A stretch of DNA of 64,000 nucleotides, taken from the NCBI GenBank assembly GCA_965112155.1, contig OZ218110.1, one strand, 5' to 3'. Of this stretch, positions 49,595 to 62,996 are shown in pieces. The position numbers were made by a program, and so were the translations under genes. The DNA is from Podarcis liolepis (Eukaryota). Position 1 is the stretch's first letter. The number at the start of each line of letters is the position of its first letter. The notes under the pieces were generated by a model. The model was not told the DNA's origin and searched no databases. It worked only from the letters and a program-made list of their open reading frames with translations.

Positions 49595-51094
49595 CTTTTG
49601 AAAGTTTTACTGGCTGCATTTTGATTCTTATTGTAATTGTTGCTCCTTTTAAAAAGTTTTTAATGGAATTTTATTGTTTACTGCTAGACTCCAACACCAT
49701 ACATTTAGGGGACATGATTTCTCCCAAAGTATCCTGAGAATAAGTTTGTTAAGGGTGCCTGGAATTGTAGTTCTGTGAGGCCAAAGTTCCCAGAATTCTT
49801 TGGGTTAAGAGTGTGCTTTAAATGCATGGTGTGTATATACTCTCACTGAAGTCTTTTGAGGAGATAAAAGTAGTTTAATATTTTTAATTAGTGTGCAGAA
49901 GGAGAAGAGCAGACACATACGTCAGTCACCATGCTTGGTTTCAAAAGCACATTTCCTAGGATCATTTGGGCCTATAAATGAACTTCAGATGAAGATCCAG
50001 ATATTTGTCCTAGGTAGCATGTTTACTACCATCAACCAGGTCTCAACACTCATGGCCTGTTTTAGCTCTGTTTTCTGTTTCACTTCCTCTTATTTCAGCA
50101 CCATCTGTATCTGCCCAGATGTCCTGCATCCTGTTTACCACCCTCTTGTATTCAGTAAAAGGTAGAGCAAAGAGAAGCATTTAGAAGAAAAATGGAAAAA
50201 CTCTTCAGCAGAACTTTTTAAGAAGAAAAATGGAAAAACAACAACAAGCAACTGGTGGTAGAGAACATTTGAACTGCACCAGCTGATGGCGATACTAAAT
50301 ACTATTACTAATACCAATAATAAATTGTACAATCAATTTCAATCTGTTCCATATTATGCTCAATATTTTGAAGATTCCATGCAAGTTATCAGCAACTGGA
50401 GTTTTACGGGCCCAAAATATCCCAGAAATAATGGTCTTTTGGGCAGCCCAGGGACCAGGGCCTTCCAGATGTCGCCTGGCTCCATCTCCCATCAGCCCCA
50501 GCCAGCATTGCCAAAGGGCAGGGGTGATGGGAGATGTAGTCATCATTATCTGGAGGGCCACAGGTGCCCCATTCTTGGCCTAGCATTTTCCTTCTAGTGC
50601 AGTCTTAAGCCAGCCAAGTTCCCGCCAAAAGTTTTGGACAACAACTTCCATCAGCAGGGCATAAATTCAGCAGGTGAAGTTTTCCCCACAGCATGCAGAT
50701 ACAGCAATGATGTAGCTGCACTAATGAAAGGAGCTTCGTATTTTCTCTTACTGTTTGCCATTTTGGTCATATCCAAGCTATACATTTAAAGCATATGACT
50801 TCCCCCAAAGAATCCCGGGAACTTGGATTCAATTCATTGCAGGTCTGTGAACCACCTAATAACTCCCCACTTGAATTGTTAGGCTCAGGGCCCTGTAAAA
50901 CAAGTTGTGTATTGACCATAGTTTTCCTGCTGACTCATACCTGCCACCCCATAATATTCACACATGCCTCCTTCAGTTCATTGCAACTCTCATTCCCTGT
51001 TCTGGTCCCTTTGATGGCTCCCCACTTGACCTATCAGGGTCAGCTGAGTTTTGTAGAAAAGTGTTCGATTAAGTCTGCTTAAAAAGGAAAGCTG

Positions 51095-51133
<39 letters not shown>

Positions 51134-51834
51134 AGGTTAACAAGCCAGGGGCCTGTCTTCATAACCATCAGTCAATCTGCAGGCATTACTGATTTTCTGC
51201 CAATTAAGTGGCTGTTAAACAACAGCAAACCAAGCCCCCCCCATTGGTTGGAAACCCCCTCCTTGTTAGTATTAACTTTATATTCTTATTAGCCTTATAT
51301 TATCAACTCACATAATCTAAAGTTAGAAATGAACTTCTCAATAGGGTAAAGCATTGGCTTAAACTAAATATTGGGTTTTTTCCTCCCCACATTTCAATGT
51401 ACAGAAACTGCAGAGCAACGACAGCAGGTCTTTTCTGCCCCCCCTTTGCACTGATTGTGTTCCACAGTTGAAAACCACCTTTCCTTTCTCCCTGGGGTTG
51501 GCACATTTTATTTTATTTTTGTCTCTAAAGCCTGTCATACACAAAGCACAATTTAGCAGGAGGAAATTTTGATGCTAGGATACACTTTCATTGCAGAATT
51601 TCTGTGCCTCTCAGACTACTGTTACAGGTACAGAAGTAGAGTCAGAAAAGCAGGCGGCAACCCGAATCCCCACCAGTCCTTTGCCGTCCTGCCGGCCAGA
51701 TCCTCACTCCCTGGCAGCATTGCCCCTGCCAGGTCTCATTGCCAATGGAAATCCCCCGTGCTGAAATCCCCTTTTCTAGGCAATCATAAACAGTGCAAGA
51801 GCCCTGACTCTTTTGCACCTGACCACTTGAGGAT

Positions 51835-52068
51835 TGATTGATTGATTGATTGCATTTCTATCCCACCTTTCCTCCAGCAAGCTCACGGTGGCGTACATAG
51901 TTCTGATCCCCATTTTATCCTCTCAACAACCCTGTGAAATAGGTTAGGCTGAGAGTGAGTGACTGGCCCAAGGTCACCCAATGAGCTTCATGGCTGAGTG
52001 GAGATTTGAACCCTGGTCACCCAGGTCCTAGCAAGACACCCTAACCGCTACACAACACTGCCTCTCAC
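51835..52068 (-). mobile_element. tRNA-derived SINE with L2-type tail
   Basis: Reverse-oriented A/B-box head (..gggttcaaatctcc..), core cctctcaacaaccctgtg and (GATT)n tail. Confidence 0.7.
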
Positions 52069-54894
52069 TGAGGGAGTCTCATCAACCCACATCCCTCTCA
52101 ACTCCATTTTCAGACTCTGGCTTCTCAGTGTGGCTTTCAGAGCTGGCCCTAGAACCCAGAAATCCTGGTTCCCAGCTCACTTGGAAATAACTCATTGGAG
52201 CAGATGCCAAACAGTCTGGCTTGTCTGTGCCCAGCCAGCTGATCTGCTGTCCTCCACTTTATCTCTTCTCTACCAGTTTGCATTAGGACCCTGGGGTCTT
52301 GGCTTGCACATCCTCCCTCAACCCTCCAGCTCTCAGCCATCTTTTAAACTCAGGAACGCTTATGAGAACTCTCTGCTCTCACCTGCCAGCAATACCCCAT
52401 GCCCCTCATGCAAGCTGGGGGCTTCTTGTGTGCGGATCAGCCTAGCAGCCTCTTCCCAAGGCAAACCTACTCTGCTGGCTAACGTTCCCTGCAAATGTTG
52501 CAGACAGAAAGCAGGAACCGAAGCAAACTTTGTACTGTACTCCATTTCCCTTGAAGGTGTGTTTTTGAGGTTTGAAAGGGACTCCTCTCTAAGCTGAAGC
52601 ATCCCCACTTTCTGTGCAATGGTGGGTTGAGTCCTTAGGAGCACTCTAAGCCATTAAATTCCCTCTTCCTACTAAGATGTGATCTGAGCCATCTGCTTAA
52701 ACAGAGCTGCCAAAAGCTTTGCTATAACCCATTAGGCAATGCTGGTGCTTTGTAACCCATTGCAACCTAGCTGGTTCAGGGAATCTCTACTTACAACCTG
52801 GAAAGAAACCATGGAGAACCACTGCCAGTCGGTTTAGATAGCCCTGGACTAGGTGGACCAATGACCTGACTCAGTATAAGGCAGCTTCCTATGTTCACAT
52901 AAGAGCTTAGGCGGAGTCCCAATTCCCTGCACAAACAAAACACGCTCCTTACAAAGCTTGGGCTTCCTTTTATTCTAGACTGCCATAGCTAACTTTCCTT
53001 CTGACATACAACCCACAGCTGCTGGGTCTCAACACCCCACTGCTATGGCTTTCTAGGGCCCTTCAAACACGACATAGGAAGCATACTTCTGGACTGGGCC
53101 AATGGTCCATCTAGTGCATCATCCCATTCTCACAGCAGGCAACAAGATGCTCATGGAAATCCCACAGACAGGACCTAAGTGCAACAGTGCTCTCCCCACT
53201 TGTGATTGCCCAGCAACTGGCATTCAGAGCCACGCTGCCTCTTGACAAGCTACAGATAAGCCTTCTGGAAATGTCCTCTTCCTGCTTTATAACTCAGGAA
53301 ACCTGACTTAGATAGGGATGGAACTTGAAAATTTTGGGTCAAAACAAAGTCCTTCCCACCCTCGCCCAGAGCTGAGAACAGAACCCAGGAGCCCTGCCTC
53401 TCACCTGCTCCAGCTTACCTTTCCTTTCCAAAGCTGGGGCTTCAAATTTGTTGCTCCACACCCCTCCATGGGGACAGGAGCCAATCCTACCCCTTTTTAA
53501 ATGCATCCCAGTCCTGCTGTTGCTCTAAACCACTTGGCAACACTACCCTCCCCAAGCTAAAACAAGATTGTTTCCCCTACCTGTTTTCCTGGGAGTAGGA
53601 ATAAGTCAGCTATGGAGAGTTTAGGCTTTCAGAAGTGCCCTAAGTTGCTCTGTCCTACTCCACTCCAGCCAGAATCCAGGGGTCCTGCCTGCCTCAGCTC
53701 TGACAATGCCTGGGAAGGGGTCTTTCTCCTCCAAAGAGCATTCCTCCCCCCGACTTTTGGAGCAGAGAGCAGGACCCAGGAGCCTCGGCTCCTCAGAGCC
53801 CTCCTTCTTCAACCTTCTGGTTCCTTGTTCGTGCTTGCTGTTTTGGAGTTAGCCCAGAGCTGCTTCCAAAGACTTGGAAAACATTGCTCCCTGGTGACTC
53901 CCCTGAAGCCAGATGCTCCCGCTGGGGGACAAGCAATTGCCCAGCTGAGCACCAGGCTAGCTAAGGTAGAGAGCCTTTTTCTCCAAACCAGATTCCCCGA
54001 AGCCTATAGCTGAGCCACATGAATCTTTCATTTTAAAATCATTCTTCCAGATATTCCTCCCGGTTTCCCCTCCAGGAAGCTACCTTGAAGCATACTGCAA
54101 AGTTGGGTGGCCAGGATTCTCACAGCTGAGTATCAGGCTCCAGGCAAGCTTTCAGGTAGCCTCCTCACTGCCTTCCCACTTCATTGAAGCCTGGGACTCT
54201 CCTGGGAGGTCAGAAATCTTTCGGCTGAGCATCATGGTTGCAAAAGACTTTCTGGTATCCCCCTGGCTTGCTGACAGCTTTGTGAAGCCAGTTGCTCACC
54301 TGGGAGGGCAGGAATGTCCCAGCTGAGCTTGGGCACCTAACCTGCCCCAGGTCAGGTTTCTCAAAGCTGAAAATCCCAACTAAGCACCAGGCTTAGGGCA
54401 GCTTATTGTGTAGCTCAGCGAAGCCTGCTGTGCTCAATAGGAGGTCAGGCAAGCCCCTTCCACTCTGGCAGCTTCTTGGAAACCTAACACTCACCGGGGG
54501 AGCTCAGCGATCTCCTAGCTGAATGTTAGGCTTGGGGCTGACTTTCAGATATCTCCCGTGCTCCCTGTCAGCTTCCTTGAAAACTGGCACTCATCTGGGA
54601 GGATGAGGTGGCAACAGTGCACCTGAACACCCAACTCCAAGAAGACATCCAGGGTCCATTTGCTCATCAGCAGATTCTTACATGCACCCTGCTCAGCTAG
54701 GGGGGGAAGAATTTTCTTTATAATTGTCAGCCTTCCGGAGAGGTTGCTACCTTTCTCTCCGATGGCTACACGGAACATTATGCTCACACAGGAAGTGAAA
54801 AACCTCCCAAATGGGAGGATAAGTCTGGGGAAAGCTTTTAAAGTAGCCCACTTTTTCTGTCTCAGGTTCATTGAAGCTCACCTACTCCACACTA

Positions 54895-55105
54895 TTAAAA
54901 AATTCCTTCCAGTAGCACCTTAGAAATCAACTAAGTTTGTTATTGGTATGAGCTTTCATGTGCAAGGTATCTGAAGAAGTGTGCATGCACATGAAAACTC
55001 ATACCAATAACAAACTTAGTTGGTCTCTAAGGTGCTACTGGAAGGATTTTTTTAAATTTTATTTTGACTTTGGCAGACCAACACGGCTACCTACCTGTAA
55101 CTATT
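54895..55105. mobile_element. Penelope-like element remnant (inverted ends, hammerhead motif)
   Basis: GGTAT-CTGAAGA-AGTGTGCATGCACAT-GAAA-AC-TC-ATACC flanked by inverted copies of ccttccagtagcacctta. Confidence 0.7.
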
Positions 55106-55162
55106 CCACACTAACTTCGTTGAAGCAAGCCGGTGTTTTGCCAGGGAATTGGAGATCTCTTG

Positions 55163-55298
55163 ACTGGGATAGCTTGGTTGGTTAGAGCGTGGTGCTGATA
55201 ACACCAAGGTTGCAGGTTTGATCCTTGTATGGGACAGCTGCATATTCCAACATGATCTTCAGGGTCCTTTCCAACTCTACAGTTCTATGATTCTATGA
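55163..55298 (+). mobile_element. tRNA(Ile)-derived SINE with CR1-like tail
   Basis: tagcttggttggttagagcgtggtgctgataacaccaaggttgcaggtttgatcc followed by ccaactctacagttctatgattctatga. Confidence 0.8.
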
Positions 55299-55839
55299 AC
55301 CAGGCTTGGTCCAGGCTTTCAGGTGAAGCTCTTTCCACCGCACAAGAGCTTCCATAAGCTTAAATATGTAATGGAGAGGAGGGCAGCACTTAGGGTAGGG
55401 CAAGATGGCAAATAACTCCATCTGAGAAGGCCTCTTGCTCTGCAGGGAGCTTCCCTCAGTACTTGGATCAGGTTCATGTGCATCTGCTCTCACTGAAGCA
55501 TTCACATGCCAAGTTTCTGGTAAGTAAACCAGACACTCCTTGCTTATCTCCAGGGAAGCTGATGGGATGGATCTAAGCTACCCTTTCCGCCTGCTCCAAC
55601 TGACTGACATTAAGCTGGTGCCTGATTTGGAGATGCCCAGCTGAAGGGTGGAGGCAAGCAAGCCTTACAGCTCAGTCTCAGCTGGGAGGCCTGAATATCA
55701 ATACAAGACACCTAAAACACAAATATTTATTTATCACGTTTATACCTTACATTTTATCCGAGGTTGGAAGCCCACTGAGAAATGCTAGTCCACGTTCCTA
55801 GGCTTGTTTTCAGTCACCCTGTGCCTGGAGACAGGGATT

Positions 55840-57000
55840 GATTTCGGAAATTCCCTTTCTCTGGCTTATCTATATTTCGATCTTTCCAGAGCCCCAAAGT
55901 ATTATTTATTGAGTTATAATGCTACTTACCTGCCCTTCACCTTAAGGTCCCAATGCGGGTGAAAACAAAGAGATACGCACTTCTAAAACAGATAAAACCA
56001 TTACGATGATAAAACAGGTAAGGCAAAAACATCAAGCAAAATGGAACAATATAAATCCCACAAAAAGGTGAGTCATAGAACCATAGAATCTTAGAGTTGG
56101 GTCCCTCAAAACAAAATACTTTAAGTGTAAAGATGCTGGATGTATTTCTGTGCGGAGCGAGTTCCAAAATACACATAATCAAACCTTTTCTTACTCACCC
56201 AACCAAAGTCTGGAGTTGATTGAAGCAAGTGGTCCTTTGCCACTGACCTGCCACCTGTTTCCCTTTGGATGTCATTTCTGTTCTAATGGGGGCTTCAGAG
56301 ATTTCCCCCCTAATCATGCTCTCAGAAAAGAAGCCAAAAAAAGAAATTACAGTTATGACGTCCTTGGAGCTGACATGAAGTTCTGAAATAATTTTTTTAG
56401 CATGGTTGAGTGAGGCCTAGGGGCTATAATTGGGATCCAAAACTGGTCATATGAAACATTCATCCGCACACAACTTCCCCTCCCCACCCCCGGTTGTTTG
56501 TGTTGACTTGTTGACTTGTTTTCAAAATCCAGGCATTTATTTCCTGAGATACATATGGCTGTGAAATAGCAAAAATTGTTGCAGTTAACCTTGCCAAGGA
56601 AAAACTCCAGCCATTTGTTTTCACTTACTTACCTAATTCTTAATTAATTAAGGATCTATTAATTATCAGTTAATTAAACTTAATCATGTTTCTCTCTATG
56701 CTGCAATGAGCTAGGCCATGGTTTGGCTTAATCTTACGCGCAAACCACCTTGATTTATAAGATATAAAGATATTAAACAATGAAACTTTTGCCTACACAC
56801 AACTTCCCTTTCTCCCCGCTCTTATTTGTTTGTGTTGACTTGTTTTCTTGTTTTCAAAATCCAGATTTTCAGTTGCTATGAAGTAGCAAAATTTGGAGTT
56901 AACCTGGCCAAGGAAAAGAATTCCAGCCATTTGTTTCTACTTGCTAACATGCTTCTTAATTAAACCAATCATTTATTAGTTACCAGTTAATTAAATTTAC
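55840..57000 (-). promoter_or_regulatory. Candidate I-upsilon germline promoter / I-exon
   Basis: Consensus minus-strand donor CAG|GTAAGT at 55932-55924 immediately upstream of the S region, NF-kB site GGAAATTCCC 55846-55855, and a duplicated ~230-bp motif block at 56466-56685 / 56796-57000. Confidence 0.4.
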
Positions 57001-57668
57001 CACCTTTCTCACAGGGCACTGATTGTGCCTCTTTCTCAGTAGCTGTCACTAAGAACCGCTGCTACACAGGCTTGCGGCATTATAACAAAGCAAGGCCTAC
57101 AACTCTGCCACAGAGGTTGTTTAACATTTCTTCATTATAAACATATATGCAGAGCTTTGTCACTGAGTCAAAAGTATCCCCCATTATTGCTTTGCAACCA
57201 ATGGGAGTTGCATGTGTTTTAAGTGCTTTGTGGTGTTCTGTGGTAGCAGTCTTCTGCCTTCCAGATGTTGCTGGATTGTAACTCCTATCACCCTTCTCAT
57301 GCTGGCTTGGCATGATGGAAAATGCCAGTCAGTAAGGAGAGGGCTGTGGGGTTTTATTTGGAAGTCTCTGATGGGATTAAAAACCCCCACACGTTTTAAA
57401 ACCAGCTTTCTTTAACCTGGTGCCATCCAGTTGGTTTTGGCACCTGTGGAAAGTATGGAAACTTCCTGGTAGTTGGGAATATAAGGAATGATATCCCTTA
57501 AATAGTAACTAATTGGCACTTGGCAGAATACAATCTTCCTTTGGGGCATTTTTGAGGGCTCAAAAGACAGTGATTCCCACCACTGCATTGGTGGGACTAG
57601 AAACTGAGAAGTGCAAAGAGTGATAGCAGAGAAATGCTCAAGCTAAGTTTGCTTCCTGAAGCTGAATA

Positions 57669-57910
57669 CAGTGGTACCTCGGGTTAAGTACTTAATTTGT
57701 TCCGGAGGGCAGTTCTTAACCTGAAACTGTTCTTAACCTGAAGCACCACTTTAGCTAATGGGGCCTCCTCCTGCCGCCGCGCTGCCAGAGCACGATTTCT
57801 GTTCTCATCCTAAAGCAAAGTTCTTAACCCGAGGTACTATTTCTGGGTTAGCGGAGTCTGTAACTTGAAGCGTATGTAACCTGAAGCGTATGTAACCTGA
57901 GGTACCACTG
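57669..57910. mobile_element. Tigger-like MITE family C
   Basis: CAGTGGTACCTCGGGTTA..TAACCTGAGGTACCACTG, TA TSD. Confidence 0.88.
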
Positions 57911-60095
57911 TATCATAGTTTTACTCCCTTTGCATTGTCCCAAATGATCACCAAGTGTTCTGCAGGTGAGGGCCGCCTGCAGAGACAATTTTATTTGGAG
58001 ATTCATTCCATACAATATAAAAATGGGACATTTGTGAGGTCGTATCTACCCTTTGGACTTTCTTTCCATTACATATTATGATAGGGCACCCAAGGGCTTT
58101 CTTCTTTCAATAAGCCTTTTAAGTAGAAAGGTTTATCCAAGGCTTCATGTGTGTTGGAAATGTCCCATCAGGTGAAACAAATTGTGGGTTTGTTTTCTTT
58201 TTGCACCACAACAGAAGCCTGTCAAGGCTTCATCCCAGTAGTAAAGGTGGCATAAATTTACAAATCAAGAGTGAAGGCTTTTAAAAACATCTTTCTCTCC
58301 TCTAGTATCTGGCTTCCTCTGAGTCATGGATGAGCCTGAAGGGCCAAAGGGGTTTAGGGAAAAGGTGAGCTTTGAGAAAGCCTTTGAAGGAGCAGATACA
58401 AGTGGCTCTGTGTAAGAGTCTAGGCAATCCAAGATGTAAGTAAAGGGGGAGGATGTCATTGAAATTCTACTCAGTATGATCCAGAGCAGAACTCTGACGT
58501 ATAGTTAGCAGAGCAAAACCTTAAACATGGTGCAGGATTCCCAAAAAATAGACCAGAGACGATGAATATTTCATCCAGCAGAGCTTTACTACTACTGAAG
58601 GCAAATGAGCGTAATGGTCGCAAATCCAATACATTCAGACTTGGCACTGACCATAAGAAATCCAGTAGCAGCAGACTTGACTTAAACTTACAATAACTTG
58701 TAATAAGTCTAAGCCTTAACACTAAACACATGTACAGAACCCCATACTGTCCTAGGAGGAAAAGAGATAGAAAGTGAAAGTGAAACCTAGGATCATTCTG
58801 GTCTATTTTTATAGTCAGCATGACCCTGACAGAAAGAGATAAGAGAACCAGTTTAAGCCAGCTATACTGAGCCCTGCTTTGGCCGGGGAGGGCGGGATAT
58901 AAATAAATTATTATTGTTATTATTGTTATTATCTGAAGGTATAACCCAAACATTATGAACCTTCCACTTGCTTCTTTCACACAGAGAAGCTTCCAGAACC
59001 CTCTTGAATTAATTAGAACAGGAAAGATCTCTACACATCAGATCAATACTTTCTGCACTAAGAAATGCAAACTGGCAGAGGAAACTATGGTCCTCCAGAG
59101 GTTGTTGGACTACAAAACCCATCATCCTCGACCATTTGTTATTTTGGCTGCTACTGCTGGGTCCAACGACACCTGGAGTCTTCAGGTTCCTCTGCCACTG
59201 ATTTTATGGGAATGAAGGACAACAGGCAGAATTTTCAAAAGAGGATGAAATTCCTTCCTGAAAGTATGTGAAGGAGGAACGAAAACAAACAAAAACCTTC
59301 AGAAGACGATTTTCTTTATTTGTGTTTTTATTATTGTCTACTAAATATATTTATGACCACAAAACATGCAATACAGTATATGAAAATAGCAGACATGTCC
59401 TCAGTGCTAGTCGTGGGTCTCATGAAGAACACAGTAGTGGTAGGTGGGTCATAAAATTGGTTTGTTTAAGTATATGGAAAGAGTTATAGGATGTTTATTT
59501 ACTGTACATAAGTGGATCTGACTATAATAGAACAGGTCAGAGACTCTCATGGCTTCCTGAGGCTGGAAGCCTGCTAGTGAAGCAGGGACATTGGATGAAC
59601 AGGCACAGAATAGGATTTCACATGGGGTGGAAAGGAGGCCTGAAGCTCTGAAATGGGGAGGTTGCAATGGAAGTAAGGACTGAAGGTACTCAGTGTAGCT
59701 CAAGACACTAAGGCTGAAGCCCTATGCACACTGAGTTCATCCCATTGAATTCAGTAGGATTTACTTCTAAGTCGACATGCCAAAGCACCTTTCTCAAGGC
59801 CTGTGTCTGCCTCCATACTTTACAATCGCAGGTTGGGTGGGAGAACTAGTTCCGCTCTCCTTGACTGTGGAAATCAGATATCTAGGGAGTGCAGTGCTCT
59901 AGCCTTTAGCAAAATTGCCTCTCTCACATGACAAGTCCCTGAGTGGACAGGGCTTCATATCTACTTGCCAGGGAAGAACTTGGGCTGTTAGAGAGAAACG
60001 TAAGGTGTTTATACTGGAGATGGAGTCCTGTCTCCAGCCAGTGACTTCTTCTTTGCACCTCCCAAGGTGTAGGGCAAGCTCCCAGGAAGATGCTT

Positions 60096-60182
60096 CTAGG
60101 CCACTCGTTGGATCACATTCTTATAGTCAGGGCCTGGTGGCTGCTTATTCAGCTGCAGCATCCTAGAGAAGAGCCATTTTAC
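60096..60182 (-). CDS. IGHY: TM2 (cytoplasmic tail) exon of a second, upstream IgY-type gene
   Basis: VKWLFSRMLQLNKQPPGPDYKNVIQRVA*; 87 nt, same length as and paralogous to 39035-39121. Confidence 0.9.
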   Translation of the reverse strand, partial: VKWLFSRMLQLNKQPPGPDYKNVIQRVA

Positions 60183-60734
60183 CTGTGGGAAGGAGTGGGA
60201 GTGGGGATAAAGAAAAACGTAGAACAGACATGAGCATGGAAGAATAATAATATGCAAATTCTATTTGCTATTAGTGACCAATCAGATGCCCCCGTTGGAA
60301 GCCTCAAAGCAGGGCTTAAAGGTGCTATACTCACAAGTTGTTCTAGGAGGCATGCTGCCTTCAACAATGGAAGTAAAACATTGTCTTTGCAGGTATTAGT
60401 CAGTCTTAACCTTATCCATTAATTTGTCTAACGCTCTTTTAAAGCTTTCCAAGTTGAATGGCCAACATTGCTTCTTGGGGGAGCAAATTCCACTGTTTAA
60501 CTCTGAAGAAGTACGTCCTTTTGGCAATGTATAATAAAATCTTTCCTTGTCATCTTTTCCCCATCCTCCTATTCCTCAACTTGTCTTGCCAACCAACAAG
60601 TCAAATCTTTTTCTTCATCCATCCTTCTGATTTTAATGGACTGTTTGACACAGTGTAAAGGTATATGCTAAGTCTTCCACAGAACCATTCACTAATTTAA
60701 GATAAACAGTACTAATATTTCAGCCTTATCCTAG

Positions 60735-61200
60735 GACCCTCGTACATACGGGACCGCCTCTCCTGGTATGCCCCGGGGAGGACCTTAAGGTCCACAAATA
60801 ACAACACTTTGGAGGTCCCGAGCCGCAAGGTGCTTAGATTGGTCTCAACTAGGGCCAGGGCCTTTTCAGTACTGGTCCCGACTTGGTGGAACGCTCTGTC
60901 ACAAGAGACCAGGGCCCTGCGGGATTTGACATCTTTCCGCAGGGCCTACAAGACGGAGCTGTTCCACCTGGCCTTTGGTTTGGACTCAGTCTGACCCTTA
61001 TGTTTCCCTCCCCTTATGGTTTTGATTTATGGGCTACTACTAGAATGAGACTGCATTTTAAATTGTATTTTAACCCGTAATTTAATTAACTTTTTTTTCC
61101 TATTACATTTTATTGTAATTTTATTGGTGTTAGCCGCCCTGAGCCCGGTTCTGGCCAGGGAGGGCGGGGTATAAATAATTTTTTTATTTTTTTAATTATT
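60735..61200 (+). mobile_element. L2-like LINE 3' fragment
   Basis: Peptide RARAFSVLVPTWWNAL..FRRAYKTELF, 3' end gccgccctgagcc..gggcggggtataaat. Confidence 0.8.
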
Positions 61201-61281
61201 ATTTTGTCTCTCCCCCCCATCTCTGCAGTGTTTATGTAAGATGCAAGTGTGGATATGTAGTATCGCTTCTCCTCTACTCAC

Positions 61282-61418
61282 TTTGAACAGTGTCACGGTG
61301 GCACTATAGCAAACACTGAGGATGAAGAGAAGGAAGAAAACAAAGATGGTCACCCACAAGTTATCCAGTTCCTCCTTTTTCTCATCACTATAATCAACAT
61401 CTGCTGACACAGTTGTCT
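61282..61418 (-). CDS. IGHY: TM1 exon of the second, upstream IgY-type gene (its CH exons lie beyond the window)
   Basis: [46 protein letters not shown]; 137 nt, AG/GT bounded. Confidence 0.92.
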
Positions 61419-61790
61419 CTGTGAGGGGAGAAAGAGATGTCATTTCCAGTGTTCAACATAAAATATCCCATAACTTCAGCCATTCCTTCACCCACCACTC
61501 ATATTTCTACACTTTGTCATCAACCCATGGTGCAAGAATCCAAAGGCATCTGTTCCTAAATTTGACTGTCATTGTAGTAATTGCAGATGCAGGTAGGGAT
61601 GTAGGAAACCCACATGGTAGGAATTCTGTCACGGTGCAATTCCACTATGACAATTCCTTACTTAAAGCCAGGCTATGGGTTGCCATTTAAAAAGTCACAT
61701 TGCCCAGTGGATTCTATCTGCTACCATTTGTCCTGCCCTTAATGATATAAATGATAGAATTATGTTGAATCATGGGTTCTGTACTACTGT

Positions 61791-62142
61791 TAAAAGGTAA
61801 AGGGGCCCCTGACCATTAGGTCCAGTCGTGGCAGACTCTGGGGTTGCGGCGCTCATCTCGCTCTATTAGCCGAGGGAGCCGGCGTACAGCTTCCGGGTCA
61901 TGTGGCCAGCATGACTAAGCCACTTCTTGCGAACCAGAGCAGCTCACGGAAATGCTGTTTACCTTCCCGCTAGAGCGGTACCTATTTATCTACTTGCACT
62001 TTGATGTGCTTTCGAACTGCTAGGTTGGCAGGAGCAGGGACTGAGCAACGGGAGCTCACCCCGTCGCAGGGATTCAAACCGCTGACCTTCTTATCAGCAA
62101 GTCCTAGGCTCTGTGGTTTAACCCACAGTGCCACCCACGTAC
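61791..62142 (-). mobile_element. Sauria SINE
   Basis: aaaggtaaagg tail, ggggttgcggcgctcatctcg body and tRNA-like head (gggattcaaacc..ggtttaacccacagtgccacc). Confidence 0.85.
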
Positions 62143-62996
62143 TACCATTACTATTATTCCTCCTTTTTCTTCCAGTCTAACATAGACTACAAAATCCATT
62201 ATACACAAACTTCACACCTGCAAGATCATCTATGGCTTCTATAACAATTAATATTATCTAAATTTTGGATTAGTGGCTTGGTGTAGGACCTTTGGGAACC
62301 CTCTCTGTTCTCCTTGTGCAATGTTTGTGCATAGTCCTACAGAGTAACTTCACTCTGTTGGGAGAGCTCTCTCTCTCTCCTTCTCCCTTTCCTGGCACTC
62401 TGCCTAAAGGACCAGTTCATCCAATTCTTATCAGCTTGTTTCTTATAAACTTGTTGTGCAATGTGGTCTAGAAAGGCCACACAGTGAGCTTCATGGTTGA
62501 GGAGGGATTTGAATCTGGAGTTCTAAGCACCAAACCGAACCCTAACCAGTACGTTAAGCAGACCACCTGCTAACATTGAAGCAAGGAATAACCAGGGAGT
62601 AGGTGTGGGTAGGGAGTTGGTATGTGTTCATTTCATATTTAGATGGCTGAGGCCGCACCCTGGCAGCATAACTGGACTAATGTCTGCTCCCCCTTAAATA
62701 TGGGATCTCTTCTAATTCTGATGAGAGAGGTAGGGCATTCTGGAATGTTGTCTATCACTCTCTTCCTTTGTGCCACTGGACCCAAACATCTTTATCTAAT
62801 ATTGAGTTAACTTAACTGGAGAATGGGTTCCAGTTAAGTTGCCAGTACCACAATTTTAGATCCACCATCTTCAAAAACTGTCAAGAAGTGCCAGTATGTC
62901 AAATATTTGTTGGCTCTGATGTTGGCTCTAGCCATTTATATGAATGTGCATATAAATTTGCATTTTTCTTTGCATGAGAGCTTGTGTTTGTCTCTA

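Larger units (their letters stand above)
52100..55700 (-). other. IgY class-switch region (S-upsilon), AGCT-rich
   Basis: About 50 AGCT palindromes by manual count in ~3.6 kb (about 14 expected at random), densest at 53.9-54.6 kb; 4-8 kb upstream of CH1. Confidence 0.75.

Noticed and set aside
55163-55235. tRNA-Ile gene (also tRNA-Lys-like pieces at ~27650 and ~30880)
   Set aside because: Degenerate stems and B-box, followed by SINE body/tail: SINE heads, not tRNA genes.
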